Positions 60,589-64,000 of a stretch of DNA of 64,000 bases are shown here, piece after piece; the first letter of the stretch is position 1; each line of letters opens with the position of its first letter. Source of the stretch: Deinococcales bacterium (GTDB lineage: Bacteria; Deinococcota; Deinococci; Deinococcales; JAAFIG01); NCBI GenBank assembly GCA_031414595.1, contig JANNVX010000018.1, positions 32,001-96,000 of the forward strand. Reading direction: 5' to 3'. The notes below the pieces were generated by a model. The model was not told where the DNA came from. It saw nothing but the letters and a program-made list of their open reading frames with translations, and did not search any database. A program made the position numbers and the translations under genes.

Positions 60589-61245
60589 TTAGTTTACTCG
60601 AGAAACGAAACTGGTGATGGCTTGTACCAGTCTAGCTTGTATATCTATAGACCCAAGTACATTCCCCGCAATCTCGAGGCTGTGATTTGCACCTTCAAAA
60701 ACAATCACTTGACCATTATTTGCAGCCCTCACTGGCTCGAGTACAACTGGGTCGTAATGCTGGTCGCTCGAGCCGATAAAAAAAATACCCTGATGAGATT
60801 TTGTGGTAACGACTTTGAGGAACTGCTGATTCTTAAAAAGCGGTGTTAGCCAAATAAACTCAGTCTCGAGGTTTAAGTCCTGCTCGAGAATTTTTGCCAG
60901 CAACAGTGTTCCCATTGATTTTCCAACCAAGGTAATTCGGGTGTACTGACTTAAACCCTGAATGGTCTCGAGGATGGCGATGGAGTCTGCACCAATACTT
61001 TCTTCTTTTTCACGATCAGTAAACGCCTTAAATTTTGACCTTCGGTACGTTGGTTCAATTTTCAATTCATCCGCACCAAGTTGATGCAGCAGCCTTCTCG
61101 AGTAGTACAAGGCAGGATGCTCTAAGGTATAGCCAATTCCGGGCAGAAAAACCGCGAGATGCGTATTATTTTCTTTTTCGCAAGTCAGGGCGTTTTCTAG
61201 CAATTGACTTGAATATCCAGTAATTTTCAGTTCTCGAGTTCCCAT
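60589..61245 (-). CDS. Alpha/beta hydrolase family protein
   Basis: LPGIGY, GKSMG nucleophile elbow, GSSDQH and GANHSL motifs. Confidence 0.85.
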   Translation of the reverse strand: MGTRELKITGYSSQLLENALTCEKENNTHLAVFLPGIGYTLEHPALYYSRRLLHQLGADELKIEPTYRRSKFKAFTDREKEESIGADSIAILETIQGLSQYTRITLVGKSMGTLLLAKILEQDLNLETEFIWLTPLFKNQQFLKVVTTKSHQGIFFIGSSDQHYDPVVLEPVRAANNGQVIVFEGANHSLEIAGNVLGSIDIQARLVQAITSFVSRVN

Positions 61246-61321
61246 AGTTGTAAGCGTATCACACATAAAAAGTGGTCAGTTTCCGCTATTTGAGTCTGCC
61301 AATATCATGTACTTTAGCGGC

Positions 61322-61846
61322 ATGAAAATCTTTGTTTTACTACTGATGCTCCTTGGCTCAGCTTTTGCCACCACTATTTTTGAATTTAGCCCCAAAGAAA
61401 CCACTTGGTATCTTCGCAACGATTCGGTCATGGGTGGAATCTCGAGAAGCCAAATTGCTTTTCGGGGCGGCATTCTCGAGTTTACAGGGCGGGTGCGCTT
61501 AGAAAACGGTGGTGGTTTTTCTGGGATTCGTGCAATCGCAGGGCGCTACGATTTATCTCAATTTTCGAGTGTCGTGCTTCGGGTTCGCGGCGATGGTAAA
61601 CGCTATGGCTTGCAACTTGGAACAAATGCTAATAGCCGAATAACCTACCGAATGCAGTTTAATACTGTGGCAAGTAAATGGATAGAAGTTCGTTTGCCCT
61701 TTGCGGCTTTTCGTGCCATGCGTTCAGGTGAATTTATCAAAACTGTACCCCTTGACCCTAGCCGCATTGCCTTTTTTGGCTTGACTTTTGGCAATGGCAA
61801 AGCAGAACGCTTTAAGCTCGAGTTGGATTGGATTAAAGGACGATAG
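61322..61846 (+). CDS. CIA30-family protein with signal peptide
   Basis: NDSVMGGIS, LENGGGFS and RVRGDGKRY motifs. Confidence 0.88.
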   Translation: MKIFVLLLMLLGSAFATTIFEFSPKETTWYLRNDSVMGGISRSQIAFRGGILEFTGRVRLENGGGFSGIRAIAGRYDLSQFSSVVLRVRGDGKRYGLQLGTNANSRITYRMQFNTVASKWIEVRLPFAAFRAMRSGEFIKTVPLDPSRIAFFGLTFGNGKAERFKLELDWIKGR

Positions 61847-61929
61847 GCGTTCAACTATCGGTGACAACCAGAATTCCTTAAGCAAAACTTGAGAAATCAT
61901 GGTCTAAACGGAGTAAATCCATATTTGGC

Positions 61930-62295
61930 TTAAAAAATCAGCTTAAATAACCACCATGCTGCCAAACCCCACAGCAAAATCATAAAAATCAATCCACCAA
62001 GACTGATGGGCTTCTTCTCGAGCAGCCCAGCTTTGGCTCGAGCCTCGTTGATAACATCGGCAGGAATGAGTTTAAGCACCAACCAAACCCCAATTGGAAC
62101 AAGAATAATATCGTCGAGCATACCAAGAATGGGGATAAAGTCTGGAATTAGGTCAATCGGCGAGAGTGCATAGGCTGTGACCAAAATTGCACCAACCCGA
62201 GCCAAAAGCGGTGTGCGTGGGTCTTGTGCGGCACAATACAAAGTTAGCACCTCGCGTTTAAGGTGTTTGGCAGCTTGTTTGATGGTTTTGAGCAT
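61930..62295 (-). CDS. YkvA/DUF1232-family membrane protein
   Basis: YALSPIDLIPDFIPILGMLDD motif. Confidence 0.9.
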   Translation of the reverse strand: MLKTIKQAAKHLKREVLTLYCAAQDPRTPLLARVGAILVTAYALSPIDLIPDFIPILGMLDDIILVPIGVWLVLKLIPADVINEARAKAGLLEKKPISLGGLIFMILLWGLAAWWLFKLIF

Positions 62296-63245
62296 TATCC
62301 TAGTAGGGCATCTATGAATTCTTTGGCATCGAACGGTTGTAAATCTTCGGCTTTTTCGCCGACACCGATAAATTTAAGCGGCACACCAAGTTCACGCACT
62401 ATCGGTATCACAATTCCGCCCTTAGATGTGCCATCTAATTTGGTGACAATTACGCCCGTTAGCCCCACCGCTTCATGGAACTTTTTGGCTTGCTCGAGAC
62501 CATTTTGCCCTGTGACGGCATCTAAGACCAACCAGATTTCACCAGGTTCTTTCTCATCGGCTTTTTGAATGGTTCGTTTAACTTTTTTTAATTCTTCCAT
62601 CAAGTTGTGTTTGTTGTGCAAGCGCCCAGCCGTATCAACAAATAATAAATCTACGTCTCGAGCCTTTCGAGCAGTCGTCGCATCAAAAGCCACTGCCGCA
62701 GGGTCAGAGCCGTCTAAGCCCTGCACCACACCAATTCCAAGCCGTTCACCCCAAACCCCAAGTTGAGTTCCAGCCGCCGCCCTGAAGGTATCACCCGCCG
62801 CAAACATCACGCTTTTATTTTTTGAAGTGTAATACTGCCCGAGCTTAGCAATGGTCGTGGTTTTACCCACACCATTGACCCCAATCATCAAAATCACTTT
62901 ACCTTTTAATTCCACCGTGCTTTTTTTGGCATCTGGGGTAAAACCAGCTTGGCGAAGTTTTGCCCGAAATGCGTCTGGCTCGAGTTGCACCGTCAGGGCT
63001 TGAGCAAGGGCTTCCCGAAGGTCGCGTTTACCGCTCTGTTTCATATATTCACGCACATCATCTAAAATTTCGTTGGCGTATTTAGCCCCAACGTCTGCGC
63101 CAATCAAAGCAAATTCTAAATCCTCGAGCGTGGTTAAATCGGGTTTCTCGGGGGTAATTTCTATCGCCCCGAGTGGACCTGCCATTTGGTTAATTGCGGT
63201 GCGGGTTTTAGAAAGACCGTCTTTTAAGCGCTGAAGCCAACTCAC
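62295..63245 (-). CDS. ftsY: Signal recognition particle receptor FtsY
   Basis: GVNGVGKTTTIAK, DTFRAAA, DTAGR and TKLDGTSKGG motifs; GTG start at 63245 (TACAGT 6 nt upstream). Confidence 0.95.
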   Translation of the reverse strand: MSWLQRLKDGLSKTRTAINQMAGPLGAIEITPEKPDLTTLEDLEFALIGADVGAKYANEILDDVREYMKQSGKRDLREALAQALTVQLEPDAFRAKLRQAGFTPDAKKSTVELKGKVILMIGVNGVGKTTTIAKLGQYYTSKNKSVMFAAGDTFRAAAGTQLGVWGERLGIGVVQGLDGSDPAAVAFDATTARKARDVDLLFVDTAGRLHNKHNLMEELKKVKRTIQKADEKEPGEIWLVLDAVTGQNGLEQAKKFHEAVGLTGVIVTKLDGTSKGGIVIPIVRELGVPLKFIGVGEKAEDLQPFDAKEFIDALLG

Positions 63246-63318
63246 ATACAGACTGTAGCATCTTTTAAGCGGGATTCTTAAGCGGGTGTTAGACTCAAGC
63301 GCACCAAAAGGACTCAAA

Positions 63319-63777
63319 ATGCGAAATGCCACCACCCAAGACATTGGAAAACTCATCGAATTGATGACCGAGTTCTATGCCGAATCGAATTACGAACTGA
63401 ATACTGTAGAGGCAACTCGAGCTTTTGAAACCCTGCTGAGCGATTCGCGCTTGGGTTTCGTTTGGATCATCGAAGCCAACAATACAGAAGCTGGCTATTT
63501 GATTGTGACCCTAAAATTTGCGATGGAATACAGTGGCACAAGTGCTTGTCTCGATGATTTATTTGTAAAGCCGAAATTTCGCAACCGTGGTTTAAGCAGT
63601 GCTGCATTGCAAGAATTACGGGTATACTGCCAAAATAATCATATTCGAGCCATGACCGTAGAAGTCGGTAAGGATAATGCCGCAGCCCAAAAGGTGTACC
63701 GCAGAACAGGTTTTCTCGAGTTGGGAAATCGGGTTTTGCTTGGTATGGCTCTTGCAAACCCAAGTCATGTTGTTTAA
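63319..63777 (+). CDS. GNAT-family N-acetyltransferase
   Basis: DDLFVKPKFRNRGLS and NAAAQKVYRRTGF motifs. Confidence 0.88.
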   Translation: MRNATTQDIGKLIELMTEFYAESNYELNTVEATRAFETLLSDSRLGFVWIIEANNTEAGYLIVTLKFAMEYSGTSACLDDLFVKPKFRNRGLSSAALQELRVYCQNNHIRAMTVEVGKDNAAAQKVYRRTGFLELGNRVLLGMALANPSHVV

Positions 63778-63872
63778 CTTATTTCAGCCAAACCAAGACC
63801 CCTGCATTCATACCTGTGCCTCGAGCCAGTTTGCCCAAGATTTAGCACATCTAAAGTCGTTAAAATACAACC

Positions 63873-64000
63873 ATGAAGTTTTTTATCTTGGTTTTGTTTT
63901 TACTTTCCTCGAGTAGTTTAGCCCAAGGCAGTAATGAAACCATTCCGCCGGGTGTGTTTGCAGCTTTTTTGGCAGGTTTAATTTCATTTTTGTCGCCTTG
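63873..64000 (+). CDS. ccdA: Cytochrome c biogenesis protein CcdA/DsbD-like, 3'-truncated by the window edge
   Basis: MKFFILVLFLL...FAAFLAGLISFLSP(C); TAAAAT lies 6 nt upstream of the ATG. Confidence 0.75.
   Translation, partial: MKFFILVLFLLSSSSLAQGSNETIPPGVFAAFLAGLISFLSP

Noticed and set aside
1-64000. CRISPR array, tRNA or rRNA genes
   Set aside because: No regularly spaced repeat-spacer array, cloverleaf or rRNA-like segment was seen; the CTCGAG sites are irregularly spaced and mostly coding.

Overview
A gene-dense bacterial window, roughly 45-47% GC by eye, very likely from a low-GC member of the Deinococcota (Deinococcales-like). Support: a carH/litR-ldrP-fni light-response cluster, Deinococcus-type proteins, and many leaderless starts (TAnnnT box 5-8 nt before the start codon). 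Most of the window is housekeeping, transport and signalling (asnS, gatA, trmB, ftsY, sulfite reductase, modAB, thiolase, acyl-CoA ligase, GGDEF/EAL proteins). The main unexplained signals are: (1) the palindrome CTCGAG is iterated about 6 times per kb in all three reading frames, like cyanobacterial HIP1, while GGCC is almost absent; (2) a ~6.9 kb accessory block at 41091-47971 is bounded by a 50-bp direct repeat of a kinase gene's promoter and start. It holds an IS982 element, an AT-rich 1499-aa sacsin-like GHKL ATPase fused to a DUF3883 nuclease-like domain, and a zeta-like TA pair. Two tandem Ser/Thr kinase-STAND-TPR (NLR-like) genes follow, so this is a candidate defence locus; (3) REP-like elements and heptamer repeats have entered coding sequences in frame; (4) there is an HgiBI-like type II R-M system; (5) a structured 5' leader precedes a DUF62 + ABC transporter operon. 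All counts were made by eye and need computational confirmation. No rRNA, tRNA or CRISPR array was seen.
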